The notes below the pieces were generated by a model. The model made no database searches, had not been told where the DNA came from, and saw nothing but the letters and a program-made list of their open reading frames with translations. A stretch of DNA of 64,000 bases from Lama guanicoe (lineage: Eukaryota): positions 989,379 to 1,053,378 of the forward strand of contig MU053754.1 in NCBI GenBank assembly GCA_013239625.1, written 5' to 3'. Of this stretch, positions 40,600-54,825 are shown piece by piece. Position 1 is the stretch's first letter. Every line of letters begins with the position of its first letter. Position numbers and translations under genes: made by a program.

Positions 40600-41290
40600 C
40601 TAAAGGTAGTTACGTGTGGGGGTGCCCTGCTCACCCCTCTACCCAGAACCTCACCCAGCTCCTTCCTTTCACAGGAACCAGTGCTCCTGAAACGGTCCTC
40701 ACACCCGCTCTCCGTCTCTCCCTACCTCTCCTCTCGAACACGTCAAGCACACGTCCTCTTCAGCCACCCGCCAGCCTGCTCTCGCTCAGGTGGACCATGA
40801 CCTCTGCGTCACACTATCCAATGACCGATGTTCAGGCCTCCAACATGCACGCAGATGCCACCGACCGCCCACTGCTTCCTTCCTGGAAGGCTTTTGCCAT
40901 CTGCCCCTCAGAACTCCCCCTCGCATGGACTCTCTCCCTTCTGAATGGCTCTCAGTGCACTTGCTGGTTCCCCGCTGCCTCCCCGTCCCTATCCTGCTGT
41001 GACTTGGGGCTCAACCCAGGAAGCTCTTCTCTTTCCTCCACTTCGTCCAGCTTCATGACTAAATATTGTCTATGAACGATGACGTCTGGATTTCCAGCCT
41101 GACCTCTCCCCTCGACTCCAGACTCAGGTATCTATGCCCAGGACACATCGCAAGTGGACACTAACGTACATCTCAACACAGCAGGCTCGACACTGGACCT
41201 CCATCATCCTCTCCCCGCTCCCCATCCAGCCTGTGCCTGACACAGTCCGTATGTGAGCATCAGCTCAGCATCATCCCAGTCCCTTCCCCG
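40600..41290 (+). mobile_element. L2 internal remnant
   Basis: Degenerate RT region (ctatgaacgatgac, YxDD-like) followed by ccagcctgacctctcccct.gactccagact. Confidence 0.65.
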
Positions 41291-41924
41291 AGCAGTCCAT
41301 GACAAAGACAGGTTACCAGCTTGTGCTGGGTCCTGTGTGCTGACCCTTCCTCCCACAACACACACAGCTGGGGGGCAGGGCACTGTGTCATTTTCCTCTT
41401 TGGTGTCATCAGGTTCTTTCAGGCCCTTTAACTCTTGGAGACACGTTCCCAGAGAGCTGTTGGCTCTGCTCGAATTCCTGAAGGGAGGCATTTGCTTAAT
41501 ACCCTCGATTTCAAGGCATAACTACTGTCATGTAGAGCTGTGGCAGGAGACCAGGTTTTGACGGCAAGAGAAGGGTGTGATAAATCTGCACAGCTTCGTT
41601 TCTGCGCTCTCCTTTCAGTAGTGTCAGAACATCCCATGGACAAAGACAGCCGGAAACTGTAAGGAGCCTTCTTCTTCTCAACCCCTTGCAACACCTCTAG
41701 TTAACTATGATTTTGCACAATTCAAACTTCATTCTCACTGAAGAGTAAGGCTGCTCAAACATAAACGGTTGGGCCGATAGCTTTACATAAGAGACGGTCC
41801 CGTTCCTTATTTTCTGCCCTGAGAAGCAGATCTCACCCTCTCCTCTGTGCTCTGCTGCAAGGAGCAGGGTTAGATGCAGGTGCCTGGGGTGGAGAACAGC
41901 GGGAGAGACCTGGCTCGCAGTCAC

Positions 41925-42130
41925 ACCACCTGGATTTTAGATCCCACTCCTCTACCTGTGAAGCATGAGATTTTGGGCAAATACGACCATTTTCTCCTTG
42001 TGTGTCAGTTCCACTTAGCAAAATATAGACCTCACTTCGTGTAAGAATTGCTGTGAAAATCAGATGGAATAAGATTGGAAAACACTGTGAAAATCAAGAA
42101 ACACAAAGTGATGCACCAGCATGTGTGGCA
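41925..42130 (+). mobile_element. MIR fragment
   Basis: atcccactcctctac..ttgggcaaat..tgtcagttcc..tgctgtgaaaat pattern. Confidence 0.6.
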
Positions 42131-42822
42131 GAGTGAAGGCCTCTTTCTTGTCCATCTTTTCACCCTGGCCAGGACTGGATCTGTCAGAATCCTGGCTGAT
42201 CCAGTGACAAGTTCAGTATCAACAATGAATGCTTCCCTCGTGGACAGAGGGCGGATCCCTGAAGCAGATGGGGCCGCAGCTCTCCACGACCCCCAGTGCA
42301 CATTTCACACGGCTAATGTTGACATCCTAGGGAGTTCCTATGAGGGTGGGGACATGATGGCGTCAGAAACATCAGAATTAAAGACGGGAGGGGCATCGTC
42401 CCAGCAAGAAGGCTCCCCATAAACTAGGATGTACCACGTTTCATCCAGACTAAGTCAGCATCAGTTATAACACACGATTATCTTGTGTACAACTAACAAG
42501 GGAAAAGGGTGCTTTTACTCATAATTTAAGAATCCAGCAATTGTAAGGAAGGAACACTTAAACATGGGAAGACACGCATTTGATGACTAGAAAGAGACAT
42601 TCAAATAGTTTGTCAGGGCTCTTAAGATTTTATAAAAGTGGAAGGAAGTGGGTAATAGTTAATAAACTAAAGCAGTGAAGCACAATCTACGTATGTATCT
42701 ATCAGGGAATGTAACACGTTTCAAAAAAGGACACATGAAAAATCATCCCTTATGATCCAAGAATTCCTGAAAGATTCCTGTTCTAATATACTTAACTTCT
42801 TCATTTAAAAAATAAGATTGTT

Positions 42823-42969
42823 GGAGGAGAGGGTATTGCTCACGTGGTAGACCACACGCTTAGCATATACACAAGGTCCTGAGTTCAATCCCCGGTACTG
42901 CCTCCAAAAATAAATAAGTAAACCTAATTACCTCCTCTGTAAAAAAATAAAATAAATTAAAAAAAAAAA
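42823..42969 (+). mobile_element. vic-1-like SINE with TSD aagattgtt
   Basis: tRNA-like head, aaacctaattacc tail, A tail; aagattgtt on both sides. Confidence 0.9.
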
Positions 42970-43159
42970 GATTGTTAACTCTGGCACCAGCCTGAAAAAG
43001 TGGCAGAAGTAGAACCCGGTATGGATAATCAAGCGAGAAGTTGAAGAGATCAGTGTCCGTTACCACTAACGCGCCCCTGAAAATCTTTCCCATGTAGGAC
43101 AGTTTATCTTACGACTAAAATTACCAAGAACAATGCTTCATGTTTACAAATGGGTGCTA

Positions 43160-43455
43160 GTCAGACACAGAAAGCAAACTGTGGTTACTGAAGGGGAAAC
43201 GCTGGGGGAGGGACAAATCAGGAGTTTTGGATTAACAGTTACATGCTACTGTATATGAAACAGATTTTTAAAATGCACCTACTGTATAGCACAGCAAACT
43301 ACATTCAGTTTCTTGTAATAACATTTAATGGAAAAGAATCTGAGAAATACATATGTGTGCATATGTATAACTAAATCGCTTTGCTGTACACCTGAAACTA
43401 GCATTGTAAATTAACTATACACGTCCATAAAAAACAATTAATAAGAAAAATAAAA
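43160..43455 (+). mobile_element. L1 3'UTR fragment
   Basis: gtggttactgaaggggaa...ctactgtatagcacag...gctgtacacctgaaact. Confidence 0.88.
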
Positions 43456-43553
43456 GAAATGGGTGCTGGTGATACAGACTAAGAAGTAATGACAGTCTAA
43501 AAGGTTACGCAGCCTTCGTGTCATCATCATGACTGTTGCTCATTTTCTGAGAG

Positions 43554-43770
43554 CAGGGGTCGGAACACATTTTCTGTAAAGGACAAGGCTTTCTGCAGTT
43601 TCAGCTTCATGGACCATAAACTACCCAATTCTGCTGTTGTAACACAAAAGCAGCTACGGATGATATGCAAAAAATACAGGTTTGGCTGTGTTCCAATAAA
43701 ACTTTACTCACAGAAAAAAAGAGGCAGACCTGTTTTGCTCTGTGGGGTGTGGTCTGCAAATTCATGCCTT
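43554..43770 (+). mobile_element. MER58 DNA transposon
   Basis: caggggtcgg..ttttctgtaaagg...ggctgtgttccaataaaacttt. Confidence 0.8.
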
Positions 43771-44769
43771 AGAAAACAGAGCTCAGATCATCTTGCAAAT
43801 AAACGCACTGAGCCAAACATATCTAACCGTCTAGTTGTTTCTGTAAGAGTAAGATCTAGGATCCTTCTGGGCCTGAACCCTGACAAAGGGAAAGCTTAGG
43901 TTCGTGACAGGATGGACCCTGTATGCCTCCTTAAATACATAACGTGACAACCAAAAGGGTGGACAGGATTGTATCAGGTCTGTCTCCATGAATGACTAGC
44001 CTTGAAAACAGCGGAACAGGGCTTACCCTTCCAGGATTCAGTCTGTTTCAGCGTAATAGTCATTTATGAACTGCTAAGTAAAACAGAAGCAAAACCACAC
44101 ACAGAGACATAAGAATGATCAAAGCAAGTAAAACTGAGCGTGGAAGCTTGAGCTACTGGGCCACGGGGCCGAGGTCTCCCCACAGAGTTCCTCACATGAA
44201 CTGGCCTCTGTTTTCTGCACCGTTCAAGTTTCAATTAACCTTTCCTGCCACAGCAGATCACAGTTTGTACACACGAGTCCCATTTTAATAGAGCAGATGT
44301 GGTTCTGAAGCCCCTGCACTGATTTCAGACAGGGCGGCAATTACAGAAGCCTGCCCTCACATTTGGAATTTGCAGGAAGAAAGGTTTCCAGTGACCTTCA
44401 ATCATATCTCCCTTCTCAGGCTCAGACACAAAACTACCCACCCAGAGTCGGTGATATGAAGGATAATGTGTTTGTCAAGCAAACAGCAGGGCACATCTTG
44501 TTCCTCAAGGTTTTCCAACAGCAAAGTTTAGTTCAGACAGACATACCATTTGTGTGCAGAACAGAATCCAAAATAAAAGCAGGAGTGCACTTCACAGAAC
44601 ACGGAAGACACAGGGATGGCCCCTGCTTCTTGTCTTTGCGTTAATTTATCAGTTCTGTTTCGTGTTTGTTTTCATTTCTGATGAATCGGTTCTGTTCTAT
44701 GTCTCCAGGGGCCTGAATCTGTTTTTCAATCTGCTTTCTGTAGTAGACAGAGCCTAGAGTGAGCCCCTT

Positions 44770-45865
44770 TGAGTCACGACCTGCCCCAGTGTGAACACCT
44801 CCCTGCCCATGGTGGGGAGGGGGGGTGCATTGCTTCTAACCCACAGAATACAACCAAGGTGCAGAGATGTCACTCCTGAGACTATGTTGTGTTGTCAGAG
44901 CAGGCAGGTGGCTAGATATGAGCAGAGAAAGGGGGACATGGGCCAAATGGCAGGAAACTATACATCTTATGAACAAGGTGGGGTGGTCCTTGAGCAGACC
45001 AAGAAAAGCAAGAACCTCCGAACTGATGAGAAACTACATATTTTGGTTTGACAAGTGTCCTGGAGGCCAACAAAGAAAGGTAGGACAAGGCAGGAATCTC
45101 TACCACCCAAATGTAACCTTTTACTCATTATGACCTCATCCAAATGCAACTTTTCACCCATTATAACCTCATCCAACTTCCCCATCTTGACTAAATAAGG
45201 ACCAAAAATCTCTCCTTCCCTCAGGAAGGTGGAGCTGGGATGAGGATCAGGAAAGAGGACCCCCAAACCCCTCCCCATCAATGAATATTCCACACATTCA
45301 TTTTTACACCCATGTAACCAACTTGCCAGAGAAACTCGGGGCAGCTACCCACCTGGCTCTGCCTGCTCTCCCCCCAAGAGAGTCCTGCCTGTCACTTAAT
45401 AAATCCCTGCTTTGCTTTCTTGACCTTCATGTCTCGTTTCTGAATTCTTCCTACGATGAGACAAGAACCTGCTCTCAGATACCAGTGTTACATAAAATTC
45501 TGTCTCAGCAGGCTGGAGATCCGGATTCTTGGTGGCCTCAAAGAAGTAAACAGCCCTACTGTGACCTGTCGATCAAGGGTCTAATGGGGAGAAACCACTG
45601 GCGACCTGTAGGAGCTGAGCGTGGACTCCAGCCAGCAGCCATCAAGAACAGGACCGCAGTTTTCCCAACAACTGCAAGGAGCTCAGAAGTAGCTTCTCCT
45701 GCAGTTGAGCTCCCAGATGAGAATGCAGCCCAGCCAACACCTTGATTACGACCTAGAAGCTTAAGCTGTGTGCAGATTCCCAGCCCACAGAAAGTGTAGG
45801 GTAAGAAATGTGTGCTGTGTTCAGCCATGAAGTTTGGGGATAATTTGCTGTACAGCTAGAGGTAA
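44770..45865 (+). mobile_element. MLT1-type MaLR LTR, split by a younger solo LTR
   Basis: ccagatgagaatgcagcccagccaacaccttg and aagtttggggataatttgctgtacagc MLT1 motifs; sequence resumes across the 44893-45488 insert. Confidence 0.75.
44893..45484 (+). mobile_element. Solo ERV LTR (592 bp), TG...CA ends, 4-bp TSD GTGT
   Basis: gtgt|tgtcagag ... agatacca|gtgt; AATAAA at 45398-45403; internal ~33-bp tandem repeat at 45106-45178. Confidence 0.85.
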
Positions 45866-47672
45866 GAAATAGAAAGATACATTAAACTGAACCCCAGGTA
45901 AGCATGTTTGCTAGAAAAGTTTGGACTGGAGCCCTGGAGAAGCCCAAAGGTATTTTGTAAAAACTGAAGGATAATATGTTAGCTCCCTCGGCGGAGCGGA
46001 TACCATGATTTACGTTCCCCTGTACCATCTCCAACATCCAGAAAAGGGCTGGATACGAAAAGACACAGGAGAGTTCTTCTATCTGATTTGACACTAAGTC
46101 ATTAGCTTAGCCACAGGGGTCAACAGCAGAGCAACTAGCTACGTAACTTTGAGTATCTGCCAGTGCTATATATCATTTGAAGTGTTTTAACATTCACAAT
46201 TACAAAACGCTTCCAAAGACTTCAACGATGGTAATCCTCAAGCCCGAGGCGCTTCTGGCAACAGACGCTAGTATATAAGAGTCTGCAAAAATCACCGAGA
46301 TTCCAGCCAGTCACAAAACGCTGAGTAGAAACTTTCAGAGCAAATTAAAATTGAGATTGAGGAAGATCACGTATTGATCATGTGAGCAGGTGAGAAATGC
46401 TTCCATTCCACTTTCCTAAAACAACACTCAACACTTTTCTAAAATAACCCTGTAACATTACGACCCCGTGGAACTGTCCATGGGGAGTCCACCCACAGCA
46501 GCACTTGGACACAGTGGGACCCATCGGAGGCGGGGTTTTAGACCTGGTCCTGCTACCTGGGTGGGACTGGACAACTTCCAACATCCCAGTCCCCTGCGGC
46601 TTCCACACACAACTCTGTGGACTTACTGCATGCCTTGATTAATCTCCATGCTTACTGGAAGGTCAGAAGATGTCATAACTACAGACATATCGTATGCACC
46701 ATGAAACTGGTGAAGTTAGCATTGTCTCACTCCACCACTGTGCTCTCAGAATGGAAACTGTGCATCCTCCAAGGTGACCCCCAGGTGACGACCACACATG
46801 CACCTCCTGCATGGCACAGAGCTTAGACCAGACCTCCACATCTGTCTGGAGAACCTCGGAAGTCCCCCACCAGCCCCCAGTTCCATGTGAAGAAGCCCTG
46901 CAAGGTCGTTTCACTCCGATGCCACACGGGCATGTCCTCTGGTCCCTCCCCACCACGCTCCACGGTGCTGCTTGGGCGGCCGTCGTGGGCTCTTCCAACC
47001 CTTGTTCTCACAGCCCTTGTGGACTTTCCGACCCTCCTGACCTCGAGAGGCCACCGCGCGGTCAGCTGGGTGCACGTCCTACCGGCTGCTTCAGAGCGGC
47101 CCCCTGGGTCCCTGGTTTGCCCTGGAGCAGACAGTCCAGCAAAGCAGCTCTCCCCTCTGCAACACAACTGATGATCTCAGACAGTGGTCGCCCAAGACAG
47201 TAACGCTCTGTTATCTACGTGACAGCACAGGGAACGTAACATGCTTCCACACAGGAAAAGGTGGGCCAGCGTCAGCCCAGGACACGGGTGGCCCAAGGGG
47301 TGAGAAGTCAGATGAAAATGTCTGAGAAACTGCACCACAAGTAACAGGTGTCCTCTGCCAAGAGGCGTGACGATGTCAACATGGCGCAGAGAACAACCAC
47401 AGAAGCCAAGGCGCCAGGTCGGAGGAGGGCACCGCTCGCAACTTTCTTTGAAAGTAATCAGAGTAGTTTTTCTGTCCAATTAATCAATAATGGGAGCACG
47501 AGTGGCACAGTTTTAAGATGCCTCAATAATTTTTTTTAGCATGAATTCACACACACGCACACAGACACGCGCCCCCAAAGGCAAGTGCCCTTCCCAAGCT
47601 ACAGACGAACACGGGAGCCCCTCGGCCCCTGGGCCCCGTGGGGCAGGTCGGCCCAGAGCCCTGGCGTCTTAC

Positions 47673-47735
47673 CTCACAGAAGCTCTGGCACTGCTGCTTC
47701 CGCAGGTCCCAGGACGCCTTGCAGGGCTCCAGGCA
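47673..47735 (-). CDS. ANOS1: ANOS1 exon 3 (63 bp), [21 protein letters not shown], cysteine-rich region
   Basis: Manual translation; acceptor ttctcccag, donor GTAAGA; phase 0/0; absent from the ORF track in this frame. Confidence 0.95.
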
Positions 47736-48145
47736 CTGGGAGAAAGGAACGGGGGAAACAGATTAGTAAACACAGTCAGGAAACACAGCCAAAAAGGAAA
47801 GGACCCGCTTGGCCGCCATCCTTACTGTTCGATGCCTACTTTCCTTGGTGACTTTAGGAAATCTAACTAATCAGAGGCTCACGTTAACCATGTGTCCCAG
47901 GGCTCTGCACGAGAGCATCACTACGGAGCAGGGATAGCTGGACGTGTGTTTCAACATGGCTGAAAAGGAACAGCGGCACAGCCTGGCTGGAGGTGACATC
48001 TAGGAAAAGGTGTGACACTGCCTGGCAGGCACAGCGACTTGGACAGGAGATATTGTTTATTCAATAACAAGTATCTTCTAAAGGCTGTTGTTACAGATGA
48101 ATTTTTTTTTTCTCATAAACGTCAATAATAACTTGCTTTTACATT

Positions 48146-48216
48146 GGCAGTGGGTGCTTGGCGGGCACGAGGTCCTGGGTTCAATCCCTACTGCCTCCGT
48201 TTAGGGGGAAAAAAAA
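48146..48216 (+). mobile_element. Truncated vic-1-like SINE followed by (TA)n(TG)n
   Basis: gcacgaggtcctgggttcaatccc B-box region. Confidence 0.75.
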
Positions 48217-49224
48217 TATATATATATATATGTGTGTGTGTGTATGCTCTTCTGTAAGTGACTGAAGTATTCAATATATGTATATACATCTCACACATAT
48301 TAAGTTATGTGGCTGTGTCAGTGAATACAACATTTACCCAATTTAAGTTCTTTTAAAATATATTGACTAAGCTGAACACAAGATTCTGACATGCGAGTTT
48401 CTGAATAAAGTTTGAATATACATATTTATATATATAAGAAATTTAGTATTACATATAATTTATACTTATACTTCATAATTTATATGTATTTTAATAAATC
48501 AAAGATAATACCCAGGAACCACTGTTCAGTCACAACTGTGACAATACACAGTAACAGAACTGAATGAACAAAGTTCTGAATAAAGAAAGTGCGTATGTCA
48601 AATGGTACTGAATAAACAATAGCACAGAATGATAAACAATAACATTGAATAAACAATGTAAATACAGCTTATTAATACATATACAATGCATAATTATCAT
48701 GCAAAACATAGTAGCACAGAGCACTATATATACTATGTGTATAATACATTGTAGGAAGAGGCCTCAGGATGGAAATTGTTACATTCATATGAATGGACAT
48801 CATATTCTCAAAATTACATTTCAACGCAATTTTTAACTTTAAAATTATTAATGATTAAAAGCTAATCATCATGTATCGTTAAATGTTGGTTGTCTAAATA
48901 CTGGCATACCCTGGGCTCCCAGAGGCTCATGATTATTTTATCTGTATGACTCTTATTTCATTATTGATTAATTTTCCAATTGAGATCAAAATTCTCAATT
49001 AAATTTCTGACATGTATAATGTAGAATTCAGGATATACACCTGTGCTATTCTTTCACTCTACTTTCTAGTACCCTCCCTGTTTTAAAATAAAGATATAGT
49101 TTAAAAGATAAACTGAAGACTTTATGGTGAAATTTAATTTTCAAATATCCATTGCTATTTTTTTCAGTCAAAAATGCACATATGAAAACAAACCACTGCC
49201 TGTGTATCAAGTGTCCATCTGTCA

Positions 49225-49410
49225 CGGCCCTGCTCTCACAGTGTGATCAGTGACCAATAATATAAGCATCACGTTGTTGTTTATAAGAAACGCAAGCCTG
49301 TGAGTGGCCCCCAGACCTACAGAGTCATAGCTCTGCAATCGGGACCCAAGAATCTCTTCCAGCAAGCTCTCCTGGAGATCCAGATGCTACACTGAGCTTT
49401 AAAAAGAACT
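49225..49410. mobile_element. MER5-like DNA transposon remnant
   Basis: agcatcac..gtttataagaaacgca..ccccagacctacagagtca pattern. Confidence 0.55.
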
Positions 49411-51833
49411 ACCTTATTGTGGAGAGCATTTCCCAAAATACATATATGTATCAAATCATCACACTGTACACCTTAAACTTTACACAATGTGCAATTAAAA
49501 TTATACAATGCGTGTTGTGTCAACTGTATCTCAGTAAGGCTGGGGAAGAAAACTGCTGTAGAATTTGATGGAAAACAGTCTATGATGTCACTTTCTTGTT
49601 TCATGCACGTTACATTAAGAACTGATCTATTTCTTACGAAAATATTCTAGATGTCATATTCTTTACTGTTGCATATGAACAATTTGTCTTTCGTTATTTT
49701 AATTTTAAAACCCTGAGCTCTTCAATGATTCTTTCCCAAGACCTCTATGAGCTTGTCCCAAGTTTATCTGTATTCACTTCTCCCAAGCATGCTCTAAAAC
49801 AAGTGTACAATTTTTCACCCATACAACAATTCTAAATTTTTTGAATAGCAAGGAAATAATCTTGAAACCTGTCTACCTTACATATTGTATGCATTCCCTA
49901 GAGTCAGTCTCGTTTCCTAAAGGTACACCCAATGCCTTAACCTCAGAGCTATCCTTATGTGTGTCAAGATGTTGGCTCCCAGCCACAAAAAAATTTAGTC
50001 GTCATTTAATAAATATGCTTAGATCTAATTCCTTCTCAAGAGCACTTGAAATGAATAAATGGCACTCTTTGAAACACCTTGCAACTTTGTTCATTTGCAG
50101 AAGTGTCGCACGATGGAGAAGAACCAACCACTCCACAAGATCTGGGTTTTTTCATGGACAGATGCTCAGCAACTTACAAGTTAAGTCTCTGTCACTTCAT
50201 TCAGGAAACACCCAACAAGCATTTGTTCCCACATAAAAACTGTTCACTGCAATGAGGCTAAAAAGGTCTCAAAATAATAATGCAATTCTTGCTTTCTGTC
50301 ACTGCTGAAAATGTAAATTTGGAAAACACAGTATCACATGCACACAGTTACACTTTCACAACTACAGGCGACAGGGCATGAAAAAGTCAGTGCTTTGTGA
50401 TAGCCACCATTCCAAGTCAACCTAGAGAACAAATACCTTATACAAAACAGGTGTTGTTTACAAACATGGGTATACTTTTAAAATGCTAACGGCAGCAACA
50501 CATACTGCACCTCTCCTTATTAATTGAACCTGTTAGCATCGGGTATACACAACATATTGAAAGTTCTGTTTCAATTGCATGCTTTCCTGATTTCCAGTAA
50601 CCACTAGTCGGTAGCATCTGAAGATATGTTTCAAAATGCTATTAATGACGGCCAACATTTTCTTTCAGTAATCCTCTGTGAAAACCGCCTGACCGGAACA
50701 GCCCAGATGGGGACACCTGAGTGCATCTCTGTAGGATAAATCTGCCAAATCTCTATTTTTGTATGGGGCTGTTGTCCAGGTAAAATGCGTTCAACAAAAG
50801 ACAGAGAGGAAAAAAGCGACAGCCATTTCACTCACACTTCAAGCAAGAAGAAAACATGTCCTTTTTCTCCGAGGAATCGTAAGAAAAGGTAACATTAAAT
50901 AAATAAAACATATAGTTTTGCCCCAAAAAAGGGTAGCCCTAAATCTCTCTTCCATGAGAGAAAAGAACAGGAGAGAAATAACACTACAAGCAGACAACTG
51001 CACATTCGAGGACCGTGATCATATATTGCCTCAAACTACAAAGAACAAAACAAAACAAACAAACAAAAAAACAACCAAACAATAATCAAAGAATATTTTA
51101 GCAAGTGTTTTAGGCTTTCAAGTTTAGCATGATCAGCTGTTTGAACTCATTTCCTCCTAGGCTATTGCTTCAGGCTCAATGAAGAAAAAGGTCAAATTTC
51201 AGAGAAATTTAAAAAAAAAGGTTGAGCCAGCTAATCCCACAGATCATCATTTGGAATGTAGGTTATCAATTATTTTTTACTTAATCTAGGAAGACACACT
51301 CGCAATAGCACTTGCTCAGGTGACAATTCTACATTACATTTATGTTTTAAATAGTACAGTAGTAAACATTTTCATTCAGTGTCCCACTGGGATGTAAGGT
51401 CCATGAGCACAGACTTTGTGACATTTACTAAAGTATTCTTTGCACATTGCTCAGAAAACACCTGTTAAATAAACTTAGTGATAAATTCAAGTGTTTTTAT
51501 AACCACCACTTAAGGTTGGGACACCCAGATATTTCCAGGGACCAAGCAAATAATGACTACGAGTTATGGGGGTAAATATCGGATAACTGGGAGTGCGAGG
51601 AAGGATGGTACACTGCAGAGCTCACCTCAAACCCAGGAAACAACCGCTCCTCACCGCCTCCGCCTCTTGTCCAGAATCGCCTGGCGCTCAAACTTTACAG
51701 AGAAGCCCATGACACAGAATGCCTGTAAACCCGCCCAGTGTTTAAATATACTGCCCTACACTGTACAGGTCTTTTTCAGTGTAATTTATTTACGTCATAA
51801 GATACGCAATAAATTATTTTAATTGCTCGAAGG

Positions 51834-52045
51834 AAGTGGTTCTGAAATGGGAGGGATTCTGTATTCCCAGGGGACGCGTGGCAATGCCTGGAGATCACTT
51901 GTTTGTTTGTTACGACTGAGGGGAGAGGCACTGGCTTCTTGTAGGTAGAGGCTAGGGAGGCTACTTAAATTCTACAACGTGCAGAAGAGCCCCCCTACAC
52001 AATAAAAAAAATTATTTGGCTCCAGATGTTGAGTGTGCCAAGGTC
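51834..52045. mobile_element. MER20 DNA transposon
   Basis: agtggttct..ccaggggac..tggcaatgcctggaga..gtagaggctagggaggct..aattatttggctcca. Confidence 0.8.
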
Positions 52046-52779
52046 TAGAGTTTGTGAACAACATGCAACAGAAACGCAGTCTGTTTGTTAACCACAGTAA
52101 CAGGACTGATCCTGAGAAACGACTTCCACAGGATGGAGGAGCAATTGCTACTTAGGACTACGAGCTCTCATCACGGAACAGTTCTATGTAATCTGGTCAC
52201 ATTCACCCTTCTAAAATACAGTTTTGAAAATGTGAGGTCCCTGATACAGTTAGTCAATAATTATCAAGTGAAACACAAAATGTATGGTTTTACATTTAAA
52301 ACATCTGGTCAACCAGTAAATCATGTCTAACCATCTTCTTCAACCTCGTATAAATTGTTTCCAGTGAAGCTGGTTGCTTTTCTCTTCCCCAAACCCAAGA
52401 TCCTTTCCAATTCCACTTTATTACTACATTTTTTTTTCTTAAAGAGAAGCTATTCAGTCCTCCAGTCACATCAGTAGCTGCTTCAAACCATCTAATTTTG
52501 ACCACTGCTGTCCACGCAGTGCACGCCGACCTCCCCTCTCTGCAACCACGGAGCGTCTAGGGTTTCTGCCAAGAATCCTCACATTTCACTTTTGACAGAT
52601 TTGTGGAGTCTATGACTTGTACTGAAGTGACACAACCTTCAATTGCTCTTCAGGAGGGAGTGTGCCTGCTAACCCTCTTGCAATCCTTCACGAGGTGCAT
52701 GGGACTGAGCAGGCAAATGAGGGGACGGAGTCTAGAACTACCCAAGTGCAGGACTGCGGTGCAGCCAGCACAGAACAGA

Positions 52780-53280
52780 GCAATGGGAGCTCCGGTGTGA
52801 GCCCCAGCTCTGCCACGTGTCTACTCCACAGCTGACAAACATCACATCTACTCTTGAGCCTCGGTTTGCTAACTCAGATATGGGCATACAATCCCCCACG
52901 TTAACTCACTGAACTACCACGGAACATGAAAGAGTGCCAGAACCTTTACAGATGTATGGAGCACGCTTAAAACCACTTGTTCCATGGTGCTTCACAACAA
53001 AGCCATGCGGGAATATAAAATTAGGTACTATTATCCTTACATTTTACAGAGAGGAAACTACAGTTTAGCGAGGTTGAGGAAACAAAGCATGTGACAGTGG
53101 TTGAGACTGTGGGAACTAGAATTTGGACCCAGGCTTTGGCACATCCAAAGGAATGTTATTCCCACCATGAAGCACTGCTCTATGCATGCCACTGGCTGCA
53201 AGGATTTAATGAGATGATAAGCGTGAAAGGGATTTAGAAACTGAAAAGTACTTCGCAAATCTAAGCGATGGCTAATTATT
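52780..53280. mobile_element. MIR fragments in both orientations
   Basis: gagcctcggtttgct (+) and attttacagagaggaaact (-) cores. Confidence 0.6.
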
Positions 53281-54340
53281 ACCATCCCAAGGAGGACTCG
53301 GCTCCAGAAGGCTCTAGGTGCTACAAATTCCAAGGTATTTATGTACACCAACGGCAGAGAGATCCAACTCTTATGAGCCAAAGTACTGACAAAGAAGGAA
53401 ATGACTGATATTGCTTTGGTGAACTACCATCCGGACAGTTTGGCACAAAACCTCATACCTTATATTTAATTAAACACTCTCATAAAAGTACAGCAACAGA
53501 AATTGTATCATCTGCACAGCAGCCACCAAAAATTCTGAAGCAAAAAAGTTCCCTATAACATACAAATGTCCACGCATGCCCCATCGCCAAGGAAATAGAA
53601 CCCATAATTGCATTACGCTGAATAGAGGGAGCCCACGTTAAACTCCATACAGCTCAACCTGCTCAGACTAACATCTGCTAAATCAGCAAATACGGATTCG
53701 TATTTCCTATGTGCAAAATGCTCATGTATTCACTAAGGAGGGGAGACATCTGGTCAAGATTCATTCTGCCCTAAAGTAGCCTATAATCTCCATGGGAGAG
53801 AAGCATGTGGATAAAGCAGGGGACAGCAATGAAGCACACAAGAAATGACAGAAGAATAACGTCCCGTAAGAAACTGAAGAAGTGATACGTAGCTCCACGT
53901 GGGATAACTGGAGAGCATTCCACAGAACTGAGGGCTCCTGAATTAGCTTGGCAGGGTGAGGAGGACTTGAGCATTTTCAGTAGATTCGGGGCCAAGACAA
54001 CACTGTAAGTAAGTGGCATGTGACTGCTGGAAGGGGGAAAGAGGCAGCTAGGAAGATGGCCCGTGCGGTTCAATGAGGAGCCACTGACGCGCTCAGAACA
54101 GAGTTGCTTGCCCCAGTTTGTGCTGGAAATGACTTGAGTGTTAGAATAGGTGATGGATGACGGAGGGAAGATACGCAGCAAATGAAAACGAAAGTTTTTA
54201 CAATGTCGTCCAAACCTCCTACCATTTTCTAGTGCCCTCTGGAAGGCAAAGGACATTGAGGAAAAGGATGGGCGAAATAAACCTGTGAGGGGTAGTGGGG
54301 GAGCAGGGAGAATGGGAAAGGCACCAAACTGTCTGGGCTT

Positions 54341-54480
54341 TTGTGTGTGTGTGTGTGGGGGGGTAATTAGGTTTATTTATTTATTATTATCAGTTTTTAT
54401 TTAACAGAGGTACTGGGGATTGAACCCATGACCTCACGCATGCTAAGCATGCACTCTACCACTGAGCTATACCCTCCCCC
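54341..54480 (-). mobile_element. Full-length vic-1-like SINE with (CA)n tail
   Basis: Reverse complement gggggagggtatagctcagtggtagagtgcatgcttagcatgcgtgaggtcatgggttcaatccccagtacctc. Confidence 0.92.
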
Positions 54481-54820
54481 TGGCACCAAATGTTCTCAAC
54501 CCGCTCAGAAATGAGCTGATCATGCCAATAAGATGGAGGGTGCAGGAGACACAAACACGGGGAGAGATGTGGAATTAAGTGTTTAACACGATGAGTCTGG
54601 GGTGTGTAGTGCATGTACAGGAAGGTATGCCTGCCAAGCTGCTGGAACTGTGGACGTGGTGTTCTGGACAAAGGGAAAGCTAGTGATGCTCATGTGCAAG
54701 TCTCTTTTCTCTTTCTCCCTACATCATTCATTCATTCATTCATTCATTTCTTTCATAAATATGTACTTAATTTCATTACCACAGTGTCATGCTAAGTGGT
54801 GTGTCTGCTAGATTTATGAA

Positions 54821-54825
<5 letters not shown>

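Noticed and set aside
40213..41075. 195 aa and 153 aa plus-strand ORFs
   Set aside because: Low-complexity Pro/Ser-rich translations over a decayed L2; no domain signal
54320..54495. ggcaccaaa motifs reminiscent of ANOS1 exon 2 (reverse of ..tttggtgcc..)
   Set aside because: No matching flanking codons or splice sites; more likely a partial target duplication around the SINE
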